Source of the DNA: Eledone cirrhosa
Lineage: Eukaryota
DNA length: 64,000 nucleotides
Direction: 5' to 3'
Assembly: GCA_964016885.1 (NCBI GenBank)
Contig: OZ024743.1
Coordinates: 175,956,001 to 176,020,000, forward strand
Within the stretch, counting starts at the first letter, position 1, and each line of letters begins with the position of its first letter. The notes under the pieces are model-generated. The model saw only the letters and a program-made list of their open reading frames with translations. It made no database searches and was not told where the DNA came from. Both the position numbers and the translations under genes were made by a program. Shown here piece after piece: positions 28,769-42,249 of the stretch.

Positions 28769-31700
28769 TTAGACACAGTAGCAGTAACAACAGCAGTAGT
28801 AACAGCAACAGTAGCAGTAGTAACAACCCAGTAACAGTAGTAATAACAGCATTAACATTAGACACAGTAGCAGTAACAACAGCAGTAGTAACAGCAACAG
28901 TAGTAGTAGTAACAACCCAGTAACATTAGTAATAACAGCATTAACATTAGACACAGTAGCAGTAACAACAGCAGTAGTAACAACAACAGTAGCAGTAGTA
29001 ACAACAGCAGTAACAGTAGTAATAACAGCATTAACATTAGACACAGTAGCAGTAACAACAGCAGTAGTAACAGCAACAGTAGCAGTACCAACAACCCAGT
29101 AACAGTAGTAATAACAGCATTAATATTAGACACAGTAGCAGTAACAACAGCAGTAGTAACAACAACAGTAGTAGTAGTAACAACCCTGTAACAGTACTAA
29201 TAACAGCATTAACATTAGACACAGTAGCAGTAACAACAGCAGTAGTAACAACAACAGTAGCAGTAGTAACAACAGCAGTAACAGTAGTAATAACAGCATT
29301 AACATTAGACACAGTAGCAGTAACAACAGCAGTAGTAACAACAACAGTAGTAGTAGTAACAACCCTGTAACAGTAGTAATAACAGCATTAACATTAGACA
29401 CAGTAGCAGTAACAACAGCAGTAGTAACAGCAACAGTAGCAGTAGTAACAACCGAGTAACAGTAGTAATAACAGCATTAACATTAGAAACAGTAGCAGTA
29501 ACAACAGCAGTAGTAACAACAACAGTAGTAGTAGTAACAACCCTGTAACAGTAGTAATAACAGCATTAATATTAGACACAGAAGCAGTAACAACAGCAGT
29601 AGTAACAGCAACAGTAGCAGTAACAACAGCAGTATTAACAGCAACAGTAGTAGTAGTAACAACAGCAGTAACAGTAGTAATAACAGCATTAACATTAGAC
29701 ACAGTAGCAGTATCAACAGCAGTAGTAACAACAACAGTAGCAGTAGTAACAACCCAGTAACAGTAGTAATAACAGCATTAACATTAGACACAGTAGCAGT
29801 AACAACAGCAGTAGTAACAACAACAGTAGTAGTAGTAACAACCCTGTAACAGTAGTAATAACAGCATTAACATTAGACACAGTAGCAGTAACAACAGCAG
29901 TAGTAACAGCAACAGTAGCAGTACCAACAACCCAGTAACAGTAGTAATAACAGCATTAACATTAGACACAGTAGCAGTAACAACAGCAGTAGTAACAACA
30001 ACAGTAGTAGTAGTAACAACCCTGTAACAGTAGTAATAACAGCATTAACATTAGACACAGTAGCAGTAACAACAGCAGTAATAACAGCAACAGTAGTAGT
30101 AGTAACAACCCTGTAACAGTAGTAATAACAGCATTAACATTAGACACAGTAGCAGTAACAACAGTAGCAGTAACAGCAACAGTAGTAGTAGTAACAACCC
30201 TGTAACAGTAGTAATAACAACATTAACATTAGACACAGTAGCATTAACAACAGCAGTAGTAACAACAACAGTAGTATTAGTAACAACCCAGTAACAGTAG
30301 TAATAACAACATTAACATTAGACACAGTAGCAGTAACAACAGCAGTAGTAACAACAACAGTAGTAGTAGTAACAACCCAGTAACAGTAGTAATAACAGCA
30401 TTAACATTAGACACAGTAGCAGTAACAACAGCAGTAGTAACAGCAACAGTAGCAGTAGTACCAACAGCAGTAATAGTAGTAATAACAGCATTAACATTAG
30501 ACACAGTAGCAGTATCAACAGCAGTAGTAACAGCAACAGTAGTAGTAGTAACAACCCAGTAACAGTAGTAATAACAGCATTAACGTTAGACACAGTAGCA
30601 GTAACAACAGCAGTAGTAACAGCAACAGTAGCAGTAGTAACAACCCAGTAACAGTAGTAATAACAGCATTAACATTAGACACAGTAGCAGTAACAACAGC
30701 AGTAGTAACAACAACAGTAGTAGAAGTAACAACCCTGTAACAGTAGTAATAACAGCATTAATATTAGACACAGTAGCAGTAACAAAAGCAGTAGTAACAG
30801 CAACAGTAGCAGTAGTAACAACCCAGTAACAGTAGTAATAACAGCATTATCATTAGACACACTAGCAGTAACAACAGCAGTAGTAACAGCAACAGTAGTA
30901 GTAGTAACAACCCAGTAACAGTAGTAATAACAGCATTAACATTAGACACAGTAGCAGTAACAACAGCAGTAGTAACAACAACAGTAGTAGTAGTAACATC
31001 CCTGTAACAGTAGTAATAACAGCATTAACATTAGACACAGTAGCAGTAACAACAGCAGTAGTAACAGCAACAGTAGCAGTACCAACAACCCAGTAACAGT
31101 AGTAATAACAGCATTAACATTAGACACAGTAGCAGTAACAACAGCAGTAGTAACAACAACAGTAGTAGTAGTAACAACCCTGTAACAGTAGTAATAACAG
31201 CATTAACATTAGACACAGTAGCGGTAACAAAAGCAGTAGTAACAGCAACAGTAGCAGTACCAACAACCCAGTAACAGTAGTAATAACAGCATTAACATTA
31301 GACACAGTAGCAGTAACAACAGCAGTAGTAACAGCAACAGTAGTAGTAGTAACAACCCTGTAACAGTAGTAATAACAGCATTAACATTAGACACAGCTGC
31401 AGTAACAACAGCAGTAGTAACAGCAACAGTAGCAGTAGTAACAACAGCAGTAACAGTAGTAATAACAGCATTAACATTAGACACAGTAGCAGTAACAACA
31501 GCAGTAGTAACAGCAACAGTAACAGTACCAACAACCGAGTAACAGTAGTAATAACAGCATTAACATTAGACACAGTAGCAGTAACAACAGCAGTAGTAAC
31601 AGCAACAGTAGCAGTAGTAACAACCCAGTAACAGTAGTAATAACAGCATTAACATTAGACACAGTAGCAGTAACACCAGCAGTAGTAACAGCAACAGTAG

Positions 31701-34700
31701 TAGTAGTAACAACCCAGTAACAGTAGTAATAACAGCATTAACATTAGACACAGTAGCACTAACAACAGCAGTAGTAACAGCAACAGTAGCAGTAGCAACA
31801 ACCCTGTAACAGTAGTAATAACAGCATAAACATTAGACACAGTAGCAGTAACAACAGCAGTAGTAACAGCAACAGTAGTAGTAGTAACAACCCATAACAG
31901 TAGCAATAACAGCATTAACATTAGACACAGTAGCAGTAACAACAGCAGTAGTAACAATAACAGTAGCAGTAGTAACAACCCAGTAACAGTAGTAATAACA
32001 GCATTAACATTAGACACAGTAGCAGTAACAACAGCAGTAGTAACAGCAACAGTAGCAGTAGTACCAACAGCAGTAACAGTAGTAATAACAGCATTAACAT
32101 TAGACACAGTAGAAGTAACAACAGCAGTAGTAACAGCAACAGTAGCAGTAGTACCAACAGCAGTAACAGTAGTAATAACAGCATTAACATTAGACACAGT
32201 AGCAGTATCAACAGCAGTAGTAACAGCAACAGTAGTAGTAGTAACAACCCAGTAACAGTAGTAATAACAGCATTAACATTAGACACAGTAGCAGTAACAA
32301 CAGCAGTAGTAACAGCAACAGTAGCAGTAGTAACAACCCAGTAACAGTAGTAATAACAGCATTAACATTAGACACAGTAGCAGTAACAACAGCAGTAGTA
32401 ACAACAACAGTAGTAGTAGTAACAACCCTGTAACAGTAGTAATAACAGCATTAATATTAGACACAGTAGCAGTAACAACAGCAGTAGTAACAGCAACAGT
32501 AGCAGTAGTAACAACCCAGTAACAGTAGTAATAACAGCATTAACATTAGACACAGTAGCAGTAACAACAGCAGTAGTAACAGCAACAGTAGTAGTAGTAA
32601 CAACCCAGTAACATTAGTAATAACAGCATTAACATTAGACACAGTAGCAGTAACAACAGCAGTAGTAACAACAACAGTAGCAGTAGTAACAACAGCAGTA
32701 ACAGTAGTAATAACAGCATTAACATTAGACACAGTAGCAGTAACAACAGCAGTAGTAACAGCAACAGTAGCAGTACCAACAACCCAGTAACAGTAGTAAT
32801 AACAGCATTAACATTAGACACAGTAGCAGTAACAACAGCAGTAGTAACAACAACAGTAGTAGTAGTAACAACCCTGTAACAGTAGTAATAACAGCATTAA
32901 CATTAGACACAGTAGCAGTAACAACAGCAGTAGTAACAACAACAGTAGCAGTAGTAACAACAGCAGTAACAGTAGTAATAACAGCATTAACATTAGACAC
33001 AGTAGCAGTAACAACAGCAGTAGTAACAACAACAGTAGTAGTAGTAACAACCCTGTAACAGTAGTAATAACAGCATTAACATTAGACACAGTAGCAGTAA
33101 CAACAGCAGTAGTAACAGCAACAGTAGCAGTAGTAACAACCGAGTAACAGTAGTAATAACAGCATTAACATTAGAAACAGTAGCAGTAACAACAGCAGTA
33201 GTAACAACAACAGTAGTAGTAGTAACAACCCTGTAACAGTAGTAATAACAGCATTAATATTAGACACAGAAGCAGTAACAACAGCAGTAGTAACAGCAAC
33301 AGTAGCAGTAACAACAGCAGTATTAACAGCAACAGTAGTAGTAGTAACAACAGCAGTAACAGTAGTAATAACAGCATTAACATTAGACACAGTAGCAGTA
33401 TCAACAGCAGTAGTAACAACAACAGTAGCAGTAGTAACAACCCAGTAACAGTAGTAATAACAGCATTAACATTAGACACAGTAGCAGTAACAACAGCAGT
33501 AGTAACAACAACAGTAGTAGTAGTAACAACCCTGTAACAGTAGTAATAACAGCATTAACATTAGACACAGTAGCAGTAACAACAGCAGTAGTAACAGCAA
33601 CAGTAGCAGTACCAACAACCCAGTAACAGTAGTAATAACAGCATTAACATTAGACACAGTAGCAGTAACAACAGCAGTAGTAACAACAACAGTAGTAGTA
33701 GTAACAACCCTGTAACAGTAGTAATAACAGCATTAACATTAGACACAGTAGCAGTAACAACAGCAGTAATAACAGCAACAGTAGTAGTAGTAACAACCCT
33801 GTAACAGTAGTAATAACAGCATTAAGATTAGACACAGTAGCAGTAACAACAGTAGCAGTAACAGCAACAGTAGTAGTAGTAACAACCCTGTAACAGTAGT
33901 AATAACAACATTAACATTAGACACAGTAGCATTAACAACAGCAGTAGTAACAACAACAGTAGTAGTAGTAACAACCCAGTAACAGTAGTAATAACAACAT
34001 TAACATTAGACACAGTAGCAGTAACAACAGCAGTAGTAACAACAACAGTAGTAGTAGTAACAACCCAGTAACAGTAGTAATAACAGCATTAACATTAGAC
34101 ACAGTAGCAGTAACAACAGCAGTAGTAACAGCAACAGTAGCAGTAGTACCAACAGCAGTAATAGTAGTAATAACAGCATTAACATTAGACACAGTAGCAG
34201 TATCAACAGCAGTAGTAACAGCAACAGTAGTAGTAGTAACAACCCAGTAACAGTAGTAATAACAGCAATAACGTTAGACACAGTAGCAGTAACAACAGCA
34301 GTAGTAACAGCAACAGTAGCAGTAGTAACAACCCAGTAACAGTAGTAATAACAGCATTAACATTAGACACAGTAGCAGTAACAACAGCAGTAGTAACAAC
34401 AACAGTAGTAGAAGTAACAACCCTGTAACAGTAGTAATAACAGCATTAATATTAGACACAGTAGCAGTAACAAAAGCAGTAGTAACAGCAACAGTAGCAG
34501 TAGTAACAACCCAGTAACAGTAGTAATAACAGCATTATCATTAGACACACTAGCAGTAACAACAGCAGTAGTAACAGCAACAGTAGTAGTAGTAACAACC
34601 CAGTAACAGTAGTAATAACAGCATTAACATTAGACACAGTAGCAGTAACAACAGCAGTAGTAACAACAACAGTAGCAGTAGTAACAACAGCAGTAACAGT

Positions 34701-36500
34701 AGTAAAAACAGCATTAACATTAGACACAGTAGCAGTAACAACAGCAGTAGTAACAGCAACAGTAGCAGTACCAACAACCCAGTAACAGTAGTAATAACAG
34801 CATTAACATTAGACACAGTAGCAGTAACAACAGCTGTAGTAACAACAACAGTAGTAGTAGTAACAACCCTGTAACAGTAGTAATAACAGCATTAACATTA
34901 GACACAGTAGCAGTAACAACAGCAGTAGTAAACACAACAGTAGTAGTAGTAACAACCCTGTAACAGTAGTAATAACAGCATTAATATTAGACACAGTAGC
35001 AGTAACAACAGCAGTAGTAACAGCAACAGTAGCAGTAGTAACAACCCAGTAACAGTAGTAATAACAGCATTAGCATTAGACACAGTAGCAGTAACAACAG
35101 CAGTAATAACAGCAACAGTAGTAGTAGTAACAACAGCAGTAACAGTAGTAATAACAGCATTAACATTAGACACAGTAGCAGTATCAACAGCAGTAGTAAC
35201 AACAACAGTAGCAGTAGTAACAACCCAGTAACAGTAGTAATAACAGCATTAACATTAGACACAGTAGCAGTAACAACAGCAGTAGTAACAACAACAGTAG
35301 TAGTAGTAACAACCCTGTAACAGTAGTAATAACAGCATTAACATTAGACACAGTAGCAGTAACAACAGCAGTAGTAACAGCAACATTAGCAGTACCAACA
35401 ACCCAGTAACAGTAGTAATAACAGCATTAACATTAGACACAGTAGCAGTAACAACAGCAGTAGTAACAACAACAGTAGTAGTAGTAACATCCCTGTAACA
35501 GTAGTAATAACAGCATTAACATTAGACACAGTAGCAGTAACAACAGCAGTAGTAACAGCAACAGTAGCAGTACCAACAACCCAGTAACAGTAGTAATAAC
35601 AGCATTAACATTAGACACAGTAGCAGTAACAACAGCAGTAGTAACAGCAACAGTAGCAGTACCAACAACCCAGTAACAGTAGTAATAACAGCATTAACAT
35701 TAGACACAGTAGCAGTAACAACAGCAGTAGTAACAGCAACAGTAGTAGTAGTAACAACCCTGTAACAGTAGTAATAACAGCATTAACATTAGACACAGTT
35801 GCAGTAACAACAGCAGTAGTAACAGCAACAGTAGCAGTAGTAACAACAGCAGTAACAGTAGTAATAACAGCATTAACATTAGACACAGTAGCAGTAACAA
35901 CAGCAGTAGTAACAGCAACAGTAGCAGTACCAACAACCCAGTAACAGTAGTAATAACAGCATTAACATTAGACACAGTAGCAGTAACAACAGCAGTAGTA
36001 ACAGCAACAGTAGCAGTAGTAACAACCCAGTAACAGTAGTAATAACAGCATTAACATTAGACACAGTAGCAGTAACACCAGCAGTAGTAACAGCAACAGT
36101 AGTAGTAGTAACAACCCAGTAACAGTAGTAATAACAGCATTAACATTAGACACAGTAGCACTAACAACAGCAGTAGTAACAGCAACAGTAGCAGTAGCAA
36201 CAACCCTGTAACAGTAGTAATAACAGCATAAACATTAGACACAGTAGCAGTAACAACAGCAGTAGTAACAGCAACAGTAGTAGTAGTAACAACCCAGTAA
36301 CAGTAGCAATAACAGCATTAACATTAGACACAGTAGCAGTAACAACAGCAGTAGTAACAATAACAGTAGCAGTAGTAACAACCCAGTAACAGTAGTAATA
36401 ACAGCATTAACATTAGACACAGTAGCAGTATCAACAGCAGTAGTAACAACAACAGTAGCAGTAGTAACAACCCAGTAACAGTAGTAATAACAGCATTAAC
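28769..36500 (+). repeat. HOR domain 3a: 3688-bp offset duplication built from rearranged domain-2 monomer blocks
   Basis: 28769/32457, 29394/33082 and 30764/34452 all have offset 3688. The ACCGAG, TTAGAAAC, AGAAGTA and ATTATCATT markers are shared with domain 2. Confidence 0.85.
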
Positions 36501-39500
36501 ATTAGACACAGTAGCAGTAACAACAGCAGTAGTAACAACAACAGTAGTAGTAGTAACAACCCAGTAACAGTAGTAATAACAGCATTAACATTAGACACAG
36601 TAGCAGTAACAACAGCAGTAGTAACAGCAACAGTAGCAGTAGTAACAACCCAGTAACAGTAGTAATAACAGCATTAACATTAGACACAGTAGCAGTAACA
36701 ACAGCAGTAGTAACAGCAACAGTAGTAGTACCAACAACCCAGTAACAGTAGTAATAACAGCATTAACATTAGACACAGTAGCAGTAACAACAGCAGTAGT
36801 AACAGCAACAGTAGCAGTAGTAACAACAGCAGTAACAGTAGTAATAACAGCATTAACATTAGACACAGTAGCAGTAACAACAGCAGTAGTAACAGCAACA
36901 GTAGTAGTACCAACAACCCAGTAACAGTAGTAATAACAGCATTAACATTAGACACAGTAGAAGTAACAACAGCAGTAGTAACAGCAACAGTAGCAGTAGT
37001 AACAACCCAGTAATAGTAGTAATAACAGCATTAACATTAGACACAGTAGCAGTAACAACAGCAGTAGTAACAGCAACAGTAGCAGTAGTAACAACAGCAG
37101 TAACAGTAGTAATAACAGCATTAACATTAGACACAGTAGCAGTAACAACAGCAGTAGTAACAGCAACAGTAGCAGTAGTAACAACAGCAGTAACAGTAGT
37201 AATAACAGCATTAACATTAGACACAGTAGCAGTAACAACAGCAGTAGTAACAACAACAGTAGTAGTAGTAACAACAGCAGTAACAGTAGTAATAACAGCA
37301 TTAACATTAGACACAGTAGCAGTAACAACAGCAGTAGTAACAACAGCAGTAGCAGTAGTAACAACAGCAGTAACAGTAGTAATAACAGCATTAACATTAG
37401 ACACAGTAGCAGTAACAACAGCAGTAGTAACAGCAACAGTAGCAGTAGTAACAACAGCAGTAACAGTAGTAATAACAGCATTAACATTAGACACAGTAGC
37501 AGTAACAACAGCAGTAGTAACAACAACAGAAGCAGTAGTAACAACAGCAGTAACAGTAGTAATAACAGCATTAACATTAGACACAGTAGCAGTAACAACA
37601 GCAGTAGTAACAGCAACAGTAGCAGTACCAACAACCCAGTAACAGTAGTAATAACAGCATTAACATTAGACACAGTAGCAGTAACAACAGCAGTAGTAAC
37701 AGAAACAGTAGCAGTAGTAACAACAGCAGTAACAGTAGTAATAACAGCATTAACATTAGACACAGTAGCAGTAACAACAGCAGTAGTAACAGCAACAGTA
37801 GCAGTAGTAACAACATCAGTAACAGTAGTAATAACAGCATTAACATTAGACACAGTAGCAGTAACAACAGCAGTAGTAACAACAACAGTAGTAGTAGTAA
37901 CAACAGCAGTAACAGTAGTAATAACAGCATTAACATTAGACACAGTAGCAGTATCAACAGCAGTAGTAACAACAACAGTAGCATTAGTAACAACCCAGTA
38001 ACAGTAGTAATAACAGCATTAACATTAGACACAGTAGCAGTAACAACAGCAGTAGTAACAACAACAGTAGTAGTAGTAACAACCCTGTAACAGTAGTAAT
38101 AACAGCATTAACATTAGACACAGTAGCAGTAACAACAGCAGTAGTAACAGCAACATTAGCAGTACCAACAACCCAGTAACAGTAGTAATAACAGCATTAA
38201 CATTAGACACAGTAGCAGTAACAACAGCAGTAGTAACAACAACAGTAGTAGTAGTAACATACCTGTAACAGTAGTAATAACAGCATTAACATTAGACACA
38301 GTAGCAGTAACAACAGCAGTAGTAACAGCAACAGTAGCAGTACCAACAACCCAGTAACAGTAGTAATAACAGCATTAACATTAGACACAGTAGCAGTAAC
38401 AACAGCAGTAGTAACAGCAACAGTAGCAGTACCAACAACCCAGTAACAGTAGTAATAACAGCATTAACATTAGACACAGTAGCAGTAACAACAGCAGTAG
38501 TAACAGCAACAGTAGTAGTAGTAACAACCCTGTAACAGTAGTAATAACAGCATTAACATTAGACACAGTTGCAGTAACAACAGCAGTAGTAACAGCAACA
38601 GTAGCAGTAGTAACAACAGCAGTAACAGTAGTAATAACAGCATTAACATTAGACACAGTAGCAGTAACAACAGCAGTAGTAACAGCAACAGTAGCAGTAC
38701 CAACAACCCAGTAACAGTAGTAATAACAGCATTAACATTAGACACAGTAGCAGTAACAACAGCAGTAGTAACAGCAACAGTAGCAGTAGTAACAACCCAG
38801 TAACAGTAGTAATAACAGCATTAACATTAGACACAGTAGCAGTAACACCAGCAGTAGTAACAGCAACAGTAGTAGTAGTAACAACCCAGTAACAGTAGTA
38901 ATAACAGCATTAACATTAGACACAGTAGCACTAACAACAGCAGTAGTAACAGCAACAGTAGCAGTAGCAACAACCCTGTAACAGTAGTAATAACAGCATA
39001 AACATTAGACACAGTAGCAGTAACAACAGCAGTAGTAACAGCAACAGTAGTAGTAGTAACAACCCAGTAACAGTAGCAATAACAGCATTAACATTAGACA
39101 CAGTAGCAGTAACAACAGCAGTAGTAACAATAACAGTAGCAGTAGTAACAACCCAGAAACAGTAGTAATAACAGCATTAACATTAGACACAGTAGCAGTA
39201 TCAACAGCAGTAGTAACAGCAACAGTAGCAGTAGTAACAACCCAGTAACAGTAGTAATAACAGCATTAACATTAGACACAGTAGCAGTAACAACAGCAGT
39301 AGTAACAGCAACAGTAGCAGTAGTAACAACAGCAGTAACAGTAGTAATAACAGCATTAACATTAGACACAGTAGCAGTAACAACAGCAGTAGTAACAGCA
39401 ACAGTAGCAGTAGTAACAACAGCAGTAACAGTAGTAATAACAGCATTAACATTAGACACAGTAGCAGTAACAACAGCAGTAGTAACAACAACAGTAGTAG

Positions 39501-41514
39501 TAGTAACAACAGCAGTAACAGTAGTAATAACAGCATTAACATTAGACACAGTAGCAGTAACAACAGCAGTAGTAACAACAGCAGTAGCAGTAGTAACAAC
39601 AGCAGTAACAGTAGTAATAACAGCATTAACATTAGACACAGTAGCAGTAACAACAGCAGTAGTAACAGCAACAGTAGCAGTAGTAACAACAGCAGTAACA
39701 GTAGTAATAACAGCATTAACATTAGACACAGTAGCAGTAACAACAGCAGTAGTAACAACAACAGTAGCAGTAGTAACAACCCAGTAACAGTAGTAATAAC
39801 AGCATAAACATTAGACACAGTAGCAGTAACAACAGCAGTAGTAACAACAACAGTAGTAGTAGTAACAACCCAGTAACAGTAGTAATAACAGCATTAACAT
39901 TAGACACAGTAGCAGTAACAACAGCAGTAGTAACAGCAACAGTAGCAGTAGTAACAACCCAGTAACAGTAGTAATAACAGCATTAACATTAGACACAGTA
40001 GCAGTAACAACAGCAGTAGTAACAGCAACAGTAGTAGTACCAACAACCCAGTAACAGTAGTAATAACAGCATTAACATTAGACACAGTAGCAGTAACAAC
40101 AGCAGTAGTAACAGCAACAGTAGCAGTAGTAACAACAGCAGTAACAGTAGTAATAACAGCATTAACATTAGACACAGTAGCAGTAACAACAGCAGTAGTA
40201 ACAGCAACAGTAGTAGTACCAACAACCCAGTAACAGTAGTAATAACAGCATTAACATTAGACACAGTAGAAGTAACAACAGCAGTAGTAACAGCAACAGT
40301 AGCAGTAGTAACAACCCAGTAACAGTAGTAATAACAGCATTAACATTAGACACAGTAGCAGTAACAACAGCAGTAGTAACAGCAACAGTAGCAGTAGTAA
40401 CAACAGCAGTAACAGTAGTAATAACAGCATTAACATTAGACACAGTAGCAGTAACAACAGCAGTAGTAACAGCAACAGTAGCAGTAGTAACAACAGCAGT
40501 AACAGTAGTAATAACAGCATTAACATTAGACACAGTAGCAGTAACAACAGCAGTAGTAACAACAACAGTAGTAGTAGTAACAACAGCAGTAACAGTAGTA
40601 ATAACAGCATTAACATTAGACACAGTAGCAGTAACAACAGCAGTAGTAACAACAGCAGTAGCAGTAGTAACAACAGCAGTAACAGTAGTAATAACAGCAT
40701 TAACATTAGACACAGTAGCAGTAACAACAGCAGTAGTAACAGCAACAGTAGCAGTAGTAACAACAGCAGTAACAGTAGTAATAACAGCATTAACATTAGA
40801 CACAGTAGCAGTAACAACAGCAGTAGTAACAACAACGGTAGTAGTAGTAACAACCCAGTAACAGTAGTAATAACAGCATTAACATTAGACACAGTAGCAG
40901 TAACAACAGCAGTAGTAACAACAACAGAAGCAGTAGTAACAACAGCAGTAACAGTAGTAATAACAGCATTAACATTAGACACAGTAGCAGTAACAACAGC
41001 AGTAGTAACAGCAACAGTAGCAGTACCAACAACCCAGTAAGAGTAGTAATAACAGCATTAACATTAGACACAGTAGCAGTAACAACAGCAGTAGTAACAG
41101 AAACAGTAGCAGTAGTAACAACAGCAGTAACAGTAGTAATAACAGCATTAACATTAGACACAGTAGCAGTAACAACAGCAGTAGTAACAGAAACAGTAGC
41201 AGTAGTAACAACAGCAGTAACAGTAGTAATAACAGCATTAACATTAGACACAGTAGCAGTAACAACAGCAGTAGTAACAGAAACAGTAGCAGTAGTAACA
41301 ACAGCAGTAACAGTAGTAATAACAGCATTAACATTAGACACAGTAGCAGTAACAACAGCAGTAGTAACAGCAACAGTAGCAGTAGTAACAACATCAGTAA
41401 CAGTAGTAATAACAGCATTAACATTAGACACAGTAGCAGTAACAACAGCAGTAGTAACAACAACAGTAGTAGTAGTAACAACAGCAGTAACAGTAGTAAT
41501 AACAGCATTAACAT
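35255..41514 (+). repeat. HOR domain 3b: 2770-bp and 3309-bp offset duplications, enriched in runs of 90-bp monomers
   Basis: 35255/38025 and 36235/39005 (2770); 36502/39811 and 36948/40257 (3309). Runs of 90-bp monomers at 37037-37576 (6), 37666-37935 (3), 39272-39721 (5), 40346-40795 (5) and 41064-41513 (5). Confidence 0.88.
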
Positions 41515-42249
41515 TAGACACAGTAGCAGTAACAACAGCAGTAGTAACAACAGCAGTAGTAACAACAGCAGTAACAGTAGTAATAACAGCAACAGTAGTA
41601 GTAGTAACAGCCCTGTAACAGTAGTAATAACAGCATTAACATTAGACACAGTAGCAGTAACAACAGCAGTAGTAACAGCAACAGTAGCAGTACCAACAAC
41701 AGCAGTAACAGTAGTAATAACAGCATTAACATTAGACACAGTAGCATTAACAACAGCAGTAGTAACAACAACAGTAGCAGTAGTAACAACCCTGTAACAG
41801 TAGTAATAACAGCATTAACATTAGACACAGTAGCAGTAACAACAGCAGTAGTAACAACAACAGTAGCAGTACCAACAACCCAGTAACAGTAGTAATAACA
41901 GCATTAACATTAGACACAGTAGCAGTAACAACAGCAGTAGTAACAGCAACAGTAGCAGTAGCAACAACCCTGTAACAGTAGTAATAACAGCATTAACATT
42001 AGACACAGTAGCAGTAACAACAGCAGTAGTAGTAGTAACAATCCAGTAAGAGTAGTAATAACAGCATTAACATTAGACACAGTAGCAGTAACAACAGCAG
42101 TAGTAACAGCAACAGTAGCAGTAGTAACAACCCAGTAACAGTGGTAATAACAGCATTAACATTAGACACAGTAGCAGTAACAACAGCAGTAGTAACAACA
42201 GCAGTAGTAGTAGTAACAACCCTGTAACAGTAGTAATAACAGCATTAAC

